Of a DNA stretch of 64,000 bases, positions 46,527 through 57,051 are shown piece after piece (position 1 is the stretch's first letter; each line of letters opens with the position of its first letter). Location: the IMG/VR virus record IMGVR_UViG_3300033997_000092, positions 124,001 to 188,000 of that record, one strand, 5' to 3'. The notes under the pieces are model-generated. The model was not told the DNA's origin, did not search any database, and was given only the letters and a program-made list of their open reading frames with translations. Made by a program: the position numbers and the translations under genes.

Positions 46527-48033
46527 AAAGAAAAAGAAGGGCAAAGGTCACGGCAGATTAACCGCTGACCAAGTAATGCAGATTCTACCTGACACCGTTG
46601 TTGATGAAACAATGATGTCGTACTCTGCCCGTGCAAGTTTCAACTACGGTTCGTTTGTTGTTGAAGACCGCGCCGTTCCCGATTTTCGTGATGGCCTGAA
46701 GCCTGTACAGCGACGAGTTATTTATGCGATGTACAACTTGGGTCTTGGACACAAAGCTAAGTTTAAAAAGTCTGCGCGTGTTGTTGGTGACACGCTTGGC
46801 CTGTATCATCCACATGGTGATGCTGCATGTTATGGTTCTCTTGTTGGTTTAGCTAACACGATTCCGAAGATTGTTGATGGTCAAGGTAACTGGGGTAGTC
46901 CAGTAGACAATGCCGCAGCGCAGCGTTATACCGAATGCCGTTTAAGTTCGTTCAGTGATCTATTCCTGTTAGATCCGGGTTACATGAAGGTAGTTCCGCA
47001 CGAACAGAACTACGACAACACAACAACGATTCCAATGTATTTGCCTTCAACAGTCCCAACAATGATGTTGATGGGTAACGTCGGCGGTATCGCGTATGGT
47101 GTCCGTGCCTGTAACCCAGCGTTTGAGTTTGAAGGTGTTATCAAACTTTCTGAGATTGCGTTATCTGGTAAAAAGGTAACACACAAAGATTGTATCAAGC
47201 ACCTGAACATTCGCGCTCCGTACGGTTCCAAGTGTGTATCAAGTCCTGATGAAATTGCGGAGTTTATCCGTACAGGCCGTGCATCGTTGAAGTTTGTTCC
47301 TCACATCGAACTCAATGAAAAGCAAAAGATCATTGAAATCAAATCATACTCGCCTGGCTTTTGCTCAGCCAAGCAAGTTGAGAAAGCTGCTCAGAAGATT
47401 GCAAGCCACAAGTCTGTTGCTCGTTGGACTCCTGACTGCGGTAAGAAAAATCCCAAAGCGGGCCCGCATGGTGCGTACTACTACATTACGCCTAAGCGCG
47501 GTATCAGCGAAGACGACCTGTACGACCTGCTTGATGATGTAACTAAGATCTTGACAGGCAGTGAATACTATTGCTTGGGTGTTACTGTTCGTAAGCTGGA
47601 TGACAAGAACGTGTTTAGCTATTGCAGCTATTCTACCTTCTTTAATCAGTGGGCTGCCTACCGCCTGAAGCTGGAACGCAGCTATCTGTTGAGCTTAATC
47701 AGCCAGACTGAAATAGAGCTTGACAGGCAAGAGCTTTTGCTGTATGCTGTTGTCAACCGTAAACAAATACTTGCGGTGCTGGCAAAAGCGTTGGAGAGTT
47801 CTGACCCAGATGCTTACATGGCTAAGGCACTCAAGATTGACAAAGCGAAAGCGAAAGCAATCTTGGACTTGCAGGTAAGGCGTTTAGCTAAACTCGAACA
47901 GGGTGAGTTGCAGGCAAAAATCACAGAGTTGAAGGCCCGCATCAAGCAATACAAATTGGACCACAAAGATCCAATTAACCGCACAGTTTCTCACATGAAG
48001 AAAACTGTAAATCAATACCTGAAGAAGCAGTAA
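46465..48033 (+). CDS. gyrA: Type IIA topoisomerase subunit A (GyrA/ParC-like, no C-terminal pinwheel)
   Basis: [43 protein letters not shown]. Confidence 0.93.
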   Translation: MRDKKKAIKAAKSKAPGKEPEKKKKGKGHGRLTADQVMQILPDTVVDETMMSYSARASFNYGSFVVEDRAVPDFRDGLKPVQRRVIYAMYNLGLGHKAKFKKSARVVGDTLGLYHPHGDAACYGSLVGLANTIPKIVDGQGNWGSPVDNAAAQRYTECRLSSFSDLFLLDPGYMKVVPHEQNYDNTTTIPMYLPSTVPTMMLMGNVGGIAYGVRACNPAFEFEGVIKLSEIALSGKKVTHKDCIKHLNIRAPYGSKCVSSPDEIAEFIRTGRASLKFVPHIELNEKQKIIEIKSYSPGFCSAKQVEKAAQKIASHKSVARWTPDCGKKNPKAGPHGAYYYITPKRGISEDDLYDLLDDVTKILTGSEYYCLGVTVRKLDDKNVFSYCSYSTFFNQWAAYRLKLERSYLLSLISQTEIELDRQELLLYAVVNRKQILAVLAKALESSDPDAYMAKALKIDKAKAKAILDLQVRRLAKLEQGELQAKITELKARIKQYKLDHKDPINRTVSHMKKTVNQYLKKQ

Positions 48034-48115
48034 AATGTTTGAGGGTGGTCTGGGTCGCTAATTTGATTCCAGATTCACCCTCCAGATCTATAGGATCTAA
48101 CTAGGAAGTAAAAAC

Positions 48116-49429
48116 ATGAGCAAACTGACTGGAAACTCGGTCCAAGCTTTGATTGCTGGATTAGAGTGTGTTAAATCCGTTGTAAATACTGCACAAGCCA
48201 CACCTCAACTATTGCACTCAGAGGAACGTGCGCTTCAATCCCTTTCATCATGCACTGAAGGCTTAAACAGTTTTCTCAGTGTGTCCCGTGAGCCAGCGGC
48301 TCGCCAGTTACGCAAAGAAGTCAAGGTGTTACACAACACGCTTGCGTCACTGGCATCAGGCATAGAAAATGAGGACTTAGATCCTGAGGAATTCTTAGAA
48401 TCCTTGACAGGTGAAGTCAACAATTTAGCCTCATCGATTGAAATCGTAGGCTTATCTATGGCAAATGAATCAGACATATCAGACGCGGAATTGGGTATCG
48501 AATCCGAAAGCGCATCTACCGAACTGTCTGACTTCAAAAAACTCCCAGACCAAGAAGTTGATGTTGCTGATGCAGTTAACACTGTCCGCAAACTAAATCG
48601 CTACGACAGCTACCGTAATGCTTTGGCGCGCAAGCTCCAGAAGCCGTTCTCTGTTCAGCCTGTTGATCTGCCTATTGTCGTCAGGTTCCAGAACAACCGA
48701 CTCAACATGCCTGCGGTACTTGAATCTGTTTTTCCTGGACGTGTTGACCCTGTCGGTGTTACAGGAAAGACTGCTGCCGATATAGGTATTGTGTTGCAGA
48801 ACCAGATTGTTGTTCAGTTCTCAAAGACCTACGCTATGGAAATCGCACAGGAACTTATGAACGAAGACGACACTGCTGAACGCCTGTCGAATTCACGTAC
48901 TGTACTCAACAACTTGCGTAAACGGGAACGCACACTGAATAAAGAGCTTGAGAAGCTTGCCGAAGAGGAAGCAGCACTTGGCAAAAAGATCTCAAAGATT
49001 ACCCGTACTCGTATCGAAAAACAACGCGCCCAGATATTTGCAAACTTAGCAAAGCTGGAAGATCCTATCAAACAGAATATGGACCGCGTAAAAGAAGCAC
49101 AGTCTGTCAAACGCAGCAAAGCCAAAGTCGCCCTGAAGCCTGAAGCTGCCTACCTGACACGACTGAATATGTTTTTGGAAGAATTGTCTGCACGTGGTAA
49201 GAACTACACCACGCTCAGCAATACTTTCTTGACCAGTCCTGCGAACAGTGACTTGGTTCTTGCGTGGTTAGTTCCTACCGCTGCATATACCAAGCTTGCA
49301 AATCTCAGCGGCTCTAACACTGCGGTAACATCTTGGGGATTACCGTGGAGTGGACGTAAAGCTGTTGTTCGTAGTACCGTTGACATTCCTGACGGTGTTT
49401 TCTTACCTACTAAGGTACGCAAGCATTAA
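48116..49429 (+). CDS. Hypothetical coiled-coil protein, possibly virion/head-associated
   Basis: 437 aa; CTAATTT motif upstream. Confidence 0.7.
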   Translation: MSKLTGNSVQALIAGLECVKSVVNTAQATPQLLHSEERALQSLSSCTEGLNSFLSVSREPAARQLRKEVKVLHNTLASLASGIENEDLDPEEFLESLTGEVNNLASSIEIVGLSMANESDISDAELGIESESASTELSDFKKLPDQEVDVADAVNTVRKLNRYDSYRNALARKLQKPFSVQPVDLPIVVRFQNNRLNMPAVLESVFPGRVDPVGVTGKTAADIGIVLQNQIVVQFSKTYAMEIAQELMNEDDTAERLSNSRTVLNNLRKRERTLNKELEKLAEEEAALGKKISKITRTRIEKQRAQIFANLAKLEDPIKQNMDRVKEAQSVKRSKAKVALKPEAAYLTRLNMFLEELSARGKNYTTLSNTFLTSPANSDLVLAWLVPTAAYTKLANLSGSNTAVTSWGLPWSGRKAVVRSTVDIPDGVFLPTKVRKH

Positions 49430-49983
49430 TGGAAAATAAACTTCCAGCGAGAGAACAAGCTGGTATGACTCAGTGTTGTATTTGTCACACGTGGACAGGC
49501 ACAATACACTGGCATCATACCATTCCTCGTTCTCTTGGAGGCACTGACAGTTTGCAGATTCCTATTGACGCAGACTGTCACAACAACCTCCACGCAAAAG
49601 CGGATGCAATCGTAGCGATGATTCGTAGTGGAGGTAAACGAACTGTGAAATCTAGGTTCTGGGCTAAACAGGAAGCTGAGAACCGGGCTGAACAGTGGTT
49701 GCAGATATTGATACACGCTATGTTGTATCCTCCTGTATCTGCTGGTGAGAAAATGATACTTCTTCCTTCAATAAAAGTTGATATGTCTACCAGACAACAA
49801 ATTCAACTGTTGCAGAAAGATTTACCAGGTGTTACCAATTTAGAGCAATTGCTCCAGTTTTGTATAAACTACACATTACATAATAAAGGATATAAGAATT
49901 ATGGCGACAAAGAGAAACACTCTGATTCCAACCCGGGGCGAATCACACAAGAAAATAATCGAAGGAAGACTAACTTGTGGTGA
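49429..49983 (+). CDS. HNH-domain protein
   Basis: CCIC...HWHHTIPRSLGGTD...DCHNNLH. Confidence 0.75.
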   Translation: MENKLPAREQAGMTQCCICHTWTGTIHWHHTIPRSLGGTDSLQIPIDADCHNNLHAKADAIVAMIRSGGKRTVKSRFWAKQEAENRAEQWLQILIHAMLYPPVSAGEKMILLPSIKVDMSTRQQIQLLQKDLPGVTNLEQLLQFCINYTLHNKGYKNYGDKEKHSDSNPGRITQENNRRKTNLW

Positions 49984-50767
49984 TTGTATTGGGCTGACAA
50001 GAGAGGTACTCATTTCTGGGGAAAGTGTCCCCTGCAACAAACAGGGCATGAAAGCTATTAGTAAAGCCTGTCCTAAGTTCCGTCCTGATTGTTTCCAGTT
50101 GCGCGGAGCAATCGAAGCCGAAGAAAATGTGTTAAGCGAGTTTGGTGCGATTATGTCAACCTTTGACACTAATCAGATTCGTATCTTCGGTATCGTAATG
50201 ATGAATGAAGCTATCACACGTAAACACGGCTTTAATTTTTACCAGCGTGTTTATGTCCGCTATCGTGGTACTGCTTCCTCAAACTACCTGTCGAATTTTA
50301 TGACTGCACGGATTCTCATGGCCGATGCAGAAAAAGTTTACATCTGTTCCGACGACGGCAAAATTGTGCTGACGTATGAAAACACTGGTGTTAATGGTCC
50401 TTCTATCTATGATGCGGAATCTTTCATTCCACTTCGTGATATGATGATTGCTAAAGCCCGCAAGATGGATCCTGATGTCCACCGTGCGACAACAAAAGCA
50501 CTGCGTCCTAAAGAAGCAGACTTCGATCTCAAACTCAACACTAACGGTATTCAGGGAACAATTACTGATATTACCCGTGTGTCAAAATCCAACGGCGGCA
50601 TAGGCAAGCGTAAACGCTCCTCTGAGATTGTCGATTTGGTTTCAATCGTACAACAGATTGAACGTGGTACAGGAGGCACAGCTAAGACCGAAGACGGCAG
50701 TGTTGTGTTGCGTCCTGATCGTTATAAGCGTAAGAGCGGTGGTGTCACTGAGTTGTCAGACTTCTAA
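49901..50767 (+). CDS. Hypothetical protein with N-terminal Cys cluster
   Basis: CGDC...C...ACP; AAGGA RBS. Confidence 0.7.
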   Translation: MATKRNTLIPTRGESHKKIIEGRLTCGDCIGLTREVLISGESVPCNKQGMKAISKACPKFRPDCFQLRGAIEAEENVLSEFGAIMSTFDTNQIRIFGIVMMNEAITRKHGFNFYQRVYVRYRGTASSNYLSNFMTARILMADAEKVYICSDDGKIVLTYENTGVNGPSIYDAESFIPLRDMMIAKARKMDPDVHRATTKALRPKEADFDLKLNTNGIQGTITDITRVSKSNGGIGKRKRSSEIVDLVSIVQQIERGTGGTAKTEDGSVVLRPDRYKRKSGGVTELSDF

Positions 50768-50777
50768 GGAGTTTGCA

Positions 50778-51956
50778 ATGGCTAAGCTTGACCCAAGATC
50801 GCTTTCCCATTTTATCTGTGATACTCTCCGTGTTAAATATGGGACTCAACAGTTTAAAAACTTAATGAGTTCCACGTTGTTGTACATCTGTACTTCGACA
50901 AACATCAAAGTGTACCACAGAACACTCAAAGACAACGCGGACTTTTCCGTGTTAGATATTACTCCTGCTCAGTTCAGAATGGAACTTATGGATTCAGGTT
51001 ACGTTACTGCTAACCTTAAGTTCTATTCAACTTTCCTTAGCCTGCTTACTGCAAATGCTTTGGATAAGTTTGTGGCTGAGGAGCTTTGTTACAAGTACAA
51101 AATCTGTCCTTGTGATGCAAAGCCTATCTTCAACTTTATTGTTGAACTCAAAGGATTCCGCACAGAGATTCGCAAATTCGCTAAGTCTCGCGGAATAAAG
51201 TCACGCGATTATTCGTTTACCAGATTACAGGAAATCAAAGATACGTTTTCTTCGATGTTGCCTGAGCTGGAAAAACACATTCGCAGAACAACAAACAAGA
51301 AGCTGGACTTCATTCGCAAATATTTCAATATGTCCCGCGAGGAGCTTTGGTCTGATTTAGTAGTGCATACGCTACGTGCCTACTACAAATCGGTACCGAA
51401 TGACTTCAGTGAACTCAAACAGTTGAACTACTTGCGTACCGCAGTAAATAACCGCGCACTCAACCTAATCGAAAGTCATGTCAGCCAGAAGCGCCAGCGT
51501 TTGGTTAACATGGGTTCAGACAACAAAGAAGGTGCGAAGTTCGTCCTTATGGTGGAAGCCGAATCGCAAATGACACTTAACAGTGAAGGCGAATCGCAGT
51601 CTCTTGAAACACTGGGTGAGGGTGAGTTTTGGTTAAACGGAGCTGAGAGTCAGGATTTTACACTGAGCATAGATTCACTGCGTTCTAAGTACCGCAATAC
51701 AAAACGTGGTGTTGTTCTTTCGGTGTTTGCAGGATTTGAGGTTCCACGTCTGACAACATGGATGCGTAAGCGCCGTATGTTACGTGCGGTAGATAAAAAC
51801 TCACAGGACATTATGGAGACCAAAGACATCGGGGAAATGTGCAGCATCCTCGCAGAATTTTTAAATGTCAAAGTCGATGTCATTCACACAGCTTTAGGGA
51901 GATTTGGACATGAACTTGGTTTCTTGCGCCGTGGAGGTAAAGCAGATGCCTTCTGA
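50778..51956 (+). CDS. Divergent sigma-factor-like protein
   Basis: AAGGAG RBS; EELWSDLVVHTLRAY...NYLRTAVNNRALNLIESHVSQKRQR resembles sigma region 2. Confidence 0.45.
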   Translation: MAKLDPRSLSHFICDTLRVKYGTQQFKNLMSSTLLYICTSTNIKVYHRTLKDNADFSVLDITPAQFRMELMDSGYVTANLKFYSTFLSLLTANALDKFVAEELCYKYKICPCDAKPIFNFIVELKGFRTEIRKFAKSRGIKSRDYSFTRLQEIKDTFSSMLPELEKHIRRTTNKKLDFIRKYFNMSREELWSDLVVHTLRAYYKSVPNDFSELKQLNYLRTAVNNRALNLIESHVSQKRQRLVNMGSDNKEGAKFVLMVEAESQMTLNSEGESQSLETLGEGEFWLNGAESQDFTLSIDSLRSKYRNTKRGVVLSVFAGFEVPRLTTWMRKRRMLRAVDKNSQDIMETKDIGEMCSILAEFLNVKVDVIHTALGRFGHELGFLRRGGKADAF

Positions 51957-52371
51957 TATTGTGTTGAGCGACCAAAAGTCGCTTGTAGATCTCGAACAGA
52001 CTACCTTTGATTTAATATCTGTTCCATCCGATACGTCGTATCGTCGGATGTGCATCTATATCCTGATGCAGACTGTGCAGCAGTACCCAAATACAGGTGA
52101 ATCTATGTTGTGCCACATAATTTCAACTCGTTTTGGTTACCATTCCTCATTTGTACGCGCTTGCCTTCGGGCAGCTTCAAACTACAACGGAATATATACT
52201 TTACGTGCTTGGTCAAATCGCATGATGCGTAAATCATCGGAACGGTTCTATGTAACACATAAGAACTTCGATGCGTATAAAGACTATTTACACTCGTTGC
52301 ATCCGGAGTTCTGCAATCCTGAATTCTGTAAATTGAATGTTGTATGGCCGCAGCTTGAAAAAGGTAAATAA
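51946..52371 (+). CDS. Hypothetical protein
   Basis: GGAGG RBS; coupled to helicase. Confidence 0.6.
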   Translation: MPSDIVLSDQKSLVDLEQTTFDLISVPSDTSYRRMCIYILMQTVQQYPNTGESMLCHIISTRFGYHSSFVRACLRAASNYNGIYTLRAWSNRMMRKSSERFYVTHKNFDAYKDYLHSLHPEFCNPEFCKLNVVWPQLEKGK

Positions 52372-53744
52372 TGTCTAAGTCCTTGTACTCGCCGAATGGT
52401 GAAATGGACCTGATAAAGACACTGACTAATCCCGAGACATCAGATAAATCCCGTGCTGCTGTCTTGGGTAAGTTGGATCAATCGTTATTTAATGCTCCTG
52501 CTACGTTAGCCGCTTTTCGCAGAATTCAAACTCTTGCACAGAAGAGGCAACGTGTCCCTATATGGGACGATCTTATCGATGATCCTTCATTCGATGCAGA
52601 TGTCAGGGCTGAGTTAGAGGAATCAGATCGAGAACCTATCCGCTCTAAGAAACGGCTTACTACCGTAATCGAGCGTCTTGATAAGTACAGGAAGTTGCGT
52701 GAACTGTTACAGATCACTGAAACGTCCATCGCTTATTTTGACAGAGAGGATAAGTTAGATCCAGATGAACTAGCCGATAACATATCCAACAAGTTGGCTC
52801 ATGTCAGGAAGAAACATTCCACAGAACAAAAAATATGGAACATGGGGGTAAAGAGTAATACATCAAAGTTTATCAGAAATACTTTGAACAAGGGCAAAGA
52901 GAAACAACTACTTACCGGGTTCAAGGATTATGATGATCGCAATGGTGGATTGCCTGACTCTGGTGTATTCATACTTGCAGGTACTACATCTGGCGGTAAA
53001 TCAGTTGTAGCAAACAACTTGCTGTACAATCTTGTTACAAACAACCGCCGTTTGTCAGGTGTTAAGATAACACTTGAAATGACCGCCGAACAAGAACTTA
53101 AACGTATCATGTCGATGGTCACAGGTATTCCTTTCTGGCGTATCAAGCAAAACAAACTTAATGCCGCTGAGAAAGAAAGCATAGTCCGTAAGATGGCTAA
53201 GTTCAATAAGAAGATCAAGAAACGTAAGTGTCAGATGTCTTGGGTAAGTCCTGAAGGCTCCATGACTATCGATGACGTCTTGAATATGTGTAAGCCTTTC
53301 GGCTACAACGTAATCTTGTTGGACTACATCAGCTTGCTTGAAGGAGTTGATGATGATAACCAGTGGCGTATGTTGAGTGCTATTGCCCGTAAAGCAAAAG
53401 TATATGCAACAGAAACCAAAACCTTGTTTGTTATTCTATGTCAGTTGGATGGCAAAACTAACCAGTTGCGTTATTCTCAAGGTGTTAAAGAACATGCTGA
53501 CGTAATGTGGGCCTGGAATTACACTGACGAAGAACAACGTGCCTTGAAAGTTTTACCAATCAAAGTAGTTAAAGCGCGTGATGGTGAGTTGTTCAACTTA
53601 GACTTGAGCGAACACTTTGAAGTTATGCGTGTTGGTGATATGGATTCTGATTCAGGTCCTAAGTTTAGTAGTAAAATGCGTAAACCTAAGTCTGGCTCCA
53701 AAGAGGATAATGAAGAAGGAAACGACGGCTATGTGATGTCGTAA
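52371..53744 (+). CDS. dnaB: DnaB-like replicative helicase
   Basis: TGFKDYD...GG, LAGTTSGGKS, TLEM, LDYISL, LCQL, LRYSQGVKEHAD, KARDGE. Confidence 0.9.
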   Translation: MSKSLYSPNGEMDLIKTLTNPETSDKSRAAVLGKLDQSLFNAPATLAAFRRIQTLAQKRQRVPIWDDLIDDPSFDADVRAELEESDREPIRSKKRLTTVIERLDKYRKLRELLQITETSIAYFDREDKLDPDELADNISNKLAHVRKKHSTEQKIWNMGVKSNTSKFIRNTLNKGKEKQLLTGFKDYDDRNGGLPDSGVFILAGTTSGGKSVVANNLLYNLVTNNRRLSGVKITLEMTAEQELKRIMSMVTGIPFWRIKQNKLNAAEKESIVRKMAKFNKKIKKRKCQMSWVSPEGSMTIDDVLNMCKPFGYNVILLDYISLLEGVDDDNQWRMLSAIARKAKVYATETKTLFVILCQLDGKTNQLRYSQGVKEHADVMWAWNYTDEEQRALKVLPIKVVKARDGELFNLDLSEHFEVMRVGDMDSDSGPKFSSKMRKPKSGSKEDNEEGNDGYVMS

Positions 53745-53746
53745 TC

Positions 53747-53772
53747 AATGGGGGCCATAGTGCCCCCATTTT
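53747..53772 (+). terminator. Intrinsic terminator
   Basis: AATGGGGGC/GCCCCCATT stem plus T tail. Confidence 0.7.
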
Positions 53773-53805
53773 GCATTTATGCGCCAAAATTCAGTGGAGA
53801 TTGCT

Positions 53806-54612
53806 ATGACGGCAATACTTATTAGCCAAGAAGACGGTCCTTACGGAATCGTAACAGAGTCCTATGAGATAGGTCCTTCAGAATTCAATGTTATTCTTTC
53901 TGATAGTGTTGTTGCTACAAACAACCTAATGGTCATTCACTTTGATCATAATGAATATGTTCGGTCGAACAAAGGCAACCAGTTACGTACCCATGTAAAC
54001 CAAGAACTCGAAGAACCTGATGGTGATCTTGACCTTTCACAAATCCGTGACCGTGTTGTGAATTCGATGCCTTATAAAACACGAACCATATTAGCTGACG
54101 TTGCCAAAAGCATGGCAGACGTTGCCGACTTTGAAAATGTAATTGATGTGGATGCTAAAGACTTGGAAAAGTTTACTAGCAAAATATCAAAAGAATCAAA
54201 AGGCCTTTCTAAGAAACTACGTGAAGACCTACTTCCTGCTGTAATGTCATTTGACCACGCCTCAGCCTATGTTGAGGCTTTTGTTCGTGACGGCTTACAG
54301 TTATCTGGTTTCGCTGTCGATAGTGGTGATTTATCTCCACACATTGCTGCCCTTGTTAAAATCCAGACTGTCAGCCATATAGCGGAAGCTATGAAAGGCA
54401 ATAAAAAGCTCATGGCCAAATATATGAGCATGTATACAAAGCAAGCGTTCGATGAAGCTGTCTTACTAGGTAAGAATCTAGCTAAAAGAGTGCTTGCTGA
54501 GCGTTATACGCAAACTTTGTCGAATCCAGTAGGTAGAGTCACTAATTCAATAGGGACAGTATCTGGATTGAGTAAACGACATGAAGAAAAAGCGCATAAT
54601 ATCCAAAGCTGA
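53806..54612 (+). CDS. Hypothetical protein upstream of terminase
   Basis: GGAG RBS; position only. Confidence 0.65.
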   Translation: MTAILISQEDGPYGIVTESYEIGPSEFNVILSDSVVATNNLMVIHFDHNEYVRSNKGNQLRTHVNQELEEPDGDLDLSQIRDRVVNSMPYKTRTILADVAKSMADVADFENVIDVDAKDLEKFTSKISKESKGLSKKLREDLLPAVMSFDHASAYVEAFVRDGLQLSGFAVDSGDLSPHIAALVKIQTVSHIAEAMKGNKKLMAKYMSMYTKQAFDEAVLLGKNLAKRVLAERYTQTLSNPVGRVTNSIGTVSGLSKRHEEKAHNIQS

Positions 54613-56758
54613 CAGTAAGGCCATGTCGCATACGCAAATTGATGCGATAGCAGACCTTATTGGATTGGCTAAAGTACAGACCCGCCTTCCTGATGATTTT
54701 GAAGAATTGGCTGAGCCTAGTGCTGACATAGGCCTGTACGATGACGACTTTGATTTACAATCTATAATCGAGGCCGAACTAACGAATTTCAGCCCTATTC
54801 CAAGGGATATGAAAATCGATGACAGTTCGATGCCTCTAGCACCTAATTTCTACGATTTCTGTATTGGTGAAAGCTTCTTAAACTCACCGCCTTACTTGGA
54901 ACAGGCTCTTATAGGTGTACGTTTCTTTGGCGACTACTGTGTCCATTGTTCAGACAACGAATGGATGAGCGATGATGGTCACGAAGCTGATGAAGGCCTA
55001 CCTATGTTTGAGAGTAAGGTTTGCTTACTCCAAAATGGTACCTGTCCTAAGTGCGGTGCACGTAAAGTAGAAATGTACAAGTCAGGTGAACTGAACTTCT
55101 ACAACGAGTTGGCTGTAAACGCTGGTCAACGTAGTGGTAAGTCTGCTGTGACGACTATGATTGCAGCTTACATACTCCACATGTACTTGAAACTTGGTAA
55201 GCCTAATGACTTACTGGGTATTCGACCTAACGAAGTTCTGCATGGTACATTCCTTGCCTTAACATTGGGCCAAGCGCGTGAGAACTTATGGGACCCATTC
55301 TACGGTTACATTACCGAAAGTCCGTGGTTCAAGAACTACCATAGACTACTACGCCACTATGAGAAGCTGTATGGTGAGCAACTTTTCTCTATCAAAGAAA
55401 TGTTTGTCCGTTACCGTCACCGCAATATGCTGTGGTATCCAGCTACTCCTGACCAACGTACATTACGTGGACGTACACGTATATTCGCCGCAATCGACGA
55501 ATTAGGTTGGTTCGACAACAACAGAGACACCAAGAAAGTTAAAGATAACGCTCACGGTGTTTACACTGCTGCATCAAACAGTTTGGCTACTGCACGTCAG
55601 GCCGAACGACGCCTCATTAAAATGGACTTCGATAGACCTGTAACTGGTTACATGGTCAACGTAAGTTCCCCTAGCAGTATACGCGATAAGATATGCGAAC
55701 TGGTCCGTTTATCAGTTGGATCTAAAAAGCTGCTTGGTCTGCATAAACCTACTTGGAAGATGAACCCGAACTTACCGTTCGACAGTGACATTATCCAAGA
55801 ATACTTCCGTCGTGATCCAATTGCTGCTAAACGCGACTTGGGAGCAGAGCCTTCACTTTCTGCCCATCCGTTTATAGCCAATTCTCAATTCATCCTTAAC
55901 GCTATCCGCGAGAAAGGCCGCAACTGGATTAAATATCGCCTCAAAATCGAAATCTTCGGTAAAGGTAAACTCGCCAAGCGCTATCGCACTGCCGAAATCC
56001 AAGCTGTTCAGGACAAGAACAACAATCCAAGCGTTATGGCTGTGGATGCTGGCCTAACTAACAACAGCTTTGCTCTTACAATAGGTTCGATCCACGATGG
56101 CATACCACATATAGATCTTATCATTGAAGTACAGCCTCTTCCTGGTATTCCAGTTAGCCATACATTGCTCTATACTGACATTATACTTCCTCTTATTGAA
56201 AAGCGTAATGTCCGTGTTCTGTTAGCTGACCGTTGGAATAGTGTAAAGTTATTAGAAGATGCCTTACGTCAGTGTCCTGAACAACTCAAAATAGCCAAAC
56301 AGTATAGCTTAAAGTATACTGACATGGTTGCCACACGCGATGACATAGAAATGAAGAATCTTATGATTCCAATTCCTGAAACTCATCCGTGTACAATAGA
56401 ACAGTTAATCGACCATAACCCAGACGATTATCCTAAGTGTTTTGAAGGACGTCCAGTTGATCACTTCATTGTTCAAATGGCCACAATACAAGACATGATG
56501 AAGAAAGGTGTAGGTAAAGGTGACGGGTTCACTGACGATATTTGGCGCTCTGCTGCATTAACACATTGGGGCCTTCGTAATCCTGATTTTGTAGAACACT
56601 TGATACCTGCTATAACTCAAGCTCCTAAAACGCAACCTCTTATTGCACACATGGGTAAGTTGTCGCGTATTGCGGGAGGAACAAGTGCTGGTGGGACAAG
56701 CGCATCTGTATTGTCGTCTTCTGGCGGCTATTTGGGTTACAGAAAGAGCCTGAAATAG
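54581..56758 (+). CDS. terL: Terminase large subunit
   Basis: NAGQRSGKS, AAIDELGW, VSSP, AVDAG..NNSFA, ADRWNS, TDD; Zn-ribbon insert near N-terminus. Confidence 0.88.
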   Translation: MKKKRIISKADSKAMSHTQIDAIADLIGLAKVQTRLPDDFEELAEPSADIGLYDDDFDLQSIIEAELTNFSPIPRDMKIDDSSMPLAPNFYDFCIGESFLNSPPYLEQALIGVRFFGDYCVHCSDNEWMSDDGHEADEGLPMFESKVCLLQNGTCPKCGARKVEMYKSGELNFYNELAVNAGQRSGKSAVTTMIAAYILHMYLKLGKPNDLLGIRPNEVLHGTFLALTLGQARENLWDPFYGYITESPWFKNYHRLLRHYEKLYGEQLFSIKEMFVRYRHRNMLWYPATPDQRTLRGRTRIFAAIDELGWFDNNRDTKKVKDNAHGVYTAASNSLATARQAERRLIKMDFDRPVTGYMVNVSSPSSIRDKICELVRLSVGSKKLLGLHKPTWKMNPNLPFDSDIIQEYFRRDPIAAKRDLGAEPSLSAHPFIANSQFILNAIREKGRNWIKYRLKIEIFGKGKLAKRYRTAEIQAVQDKNNNPSVMAVDAGLTNNSFALTIGSIHDGIPHIDLIIEVQPLPGIPVSHTLLYTDIILPLIEKRNVRVLLADRWNSVKLLEDALRQCPEQLKIAKQYSLKYTDMVATRDDIEMKNLMIPIPETHPCTIEQLIDHNPDDYPKCFEGRPVDHFIVQMATIQDMMKKGVGKGDGFTDDIWRSAALTHWGLRNPDFVEHLIPAITQAPKTQPLIAHMGKLSRIAGGTSAGGTSASVLSSSGGYLGYRKSLK

Positions 56759-56771
56759 AGCTTCCACAACG

Positions 56772-56786
56772 CTAATTTATAGCTAT
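56772..56786 (+). promoter_or_regulatory. CTAATTT candidate late-promoter motif (representative; also 10172, 16567, 45203, 48058)
   Basis: CTAATTTATAGCTAT is identical at 45203 and 56772; precedes portal operon. Confidence 0.5.
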
Positions 56787-56808
56787 AGGTTGGCTATGGA
56801 GAATTAAA

Positions 56809-57042
56809 ATGAAAGTCGTTAATCCATTCGATTTATTGAAGCAGGATAAACCGGATAGTTTGGCCAGTCAGAGTTCTGATGGCCTTGTAAGTGAATCAAC
56901 CGTTATAAATGACGATCCAAGTGTGTGCCCTAAGTGCCGCGCTCCTATGGACACAAAGCAAATCAGAACTCCAGACTTCAAAGGTTTGGAGCCTGTATTT
57001 TGGTGCAATAGTTGCAGAGTAACTACGCCTAAACCTCTTTAA
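56809..57042 (+). CDS. Small Zn-ribbon protein
   Basis: CPKC...WCNSCRV. Confidence 0.7.
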   Translation: MKVVNPFDLLKQDKPDSLASQSSDGLVSESTVINDDPSVCPKCRAPMDTKQIRTPDFKGLEPVFWCNSCRVTTPKPL

Positions 57043-57051
57043 GGTAGCAGT

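Noticed and set aside
49429-49983. HNH as intron-encoded homing endonuclease
   Set aside because: Free-standing and translationally coupled; flanking genes are not split
20480-56758. Inteins in the oversized RecA, helicase or terminase
   Set aside because: No C...HN splice junction or LAGLIDADG motifs; extra length comes from short insertions and tails
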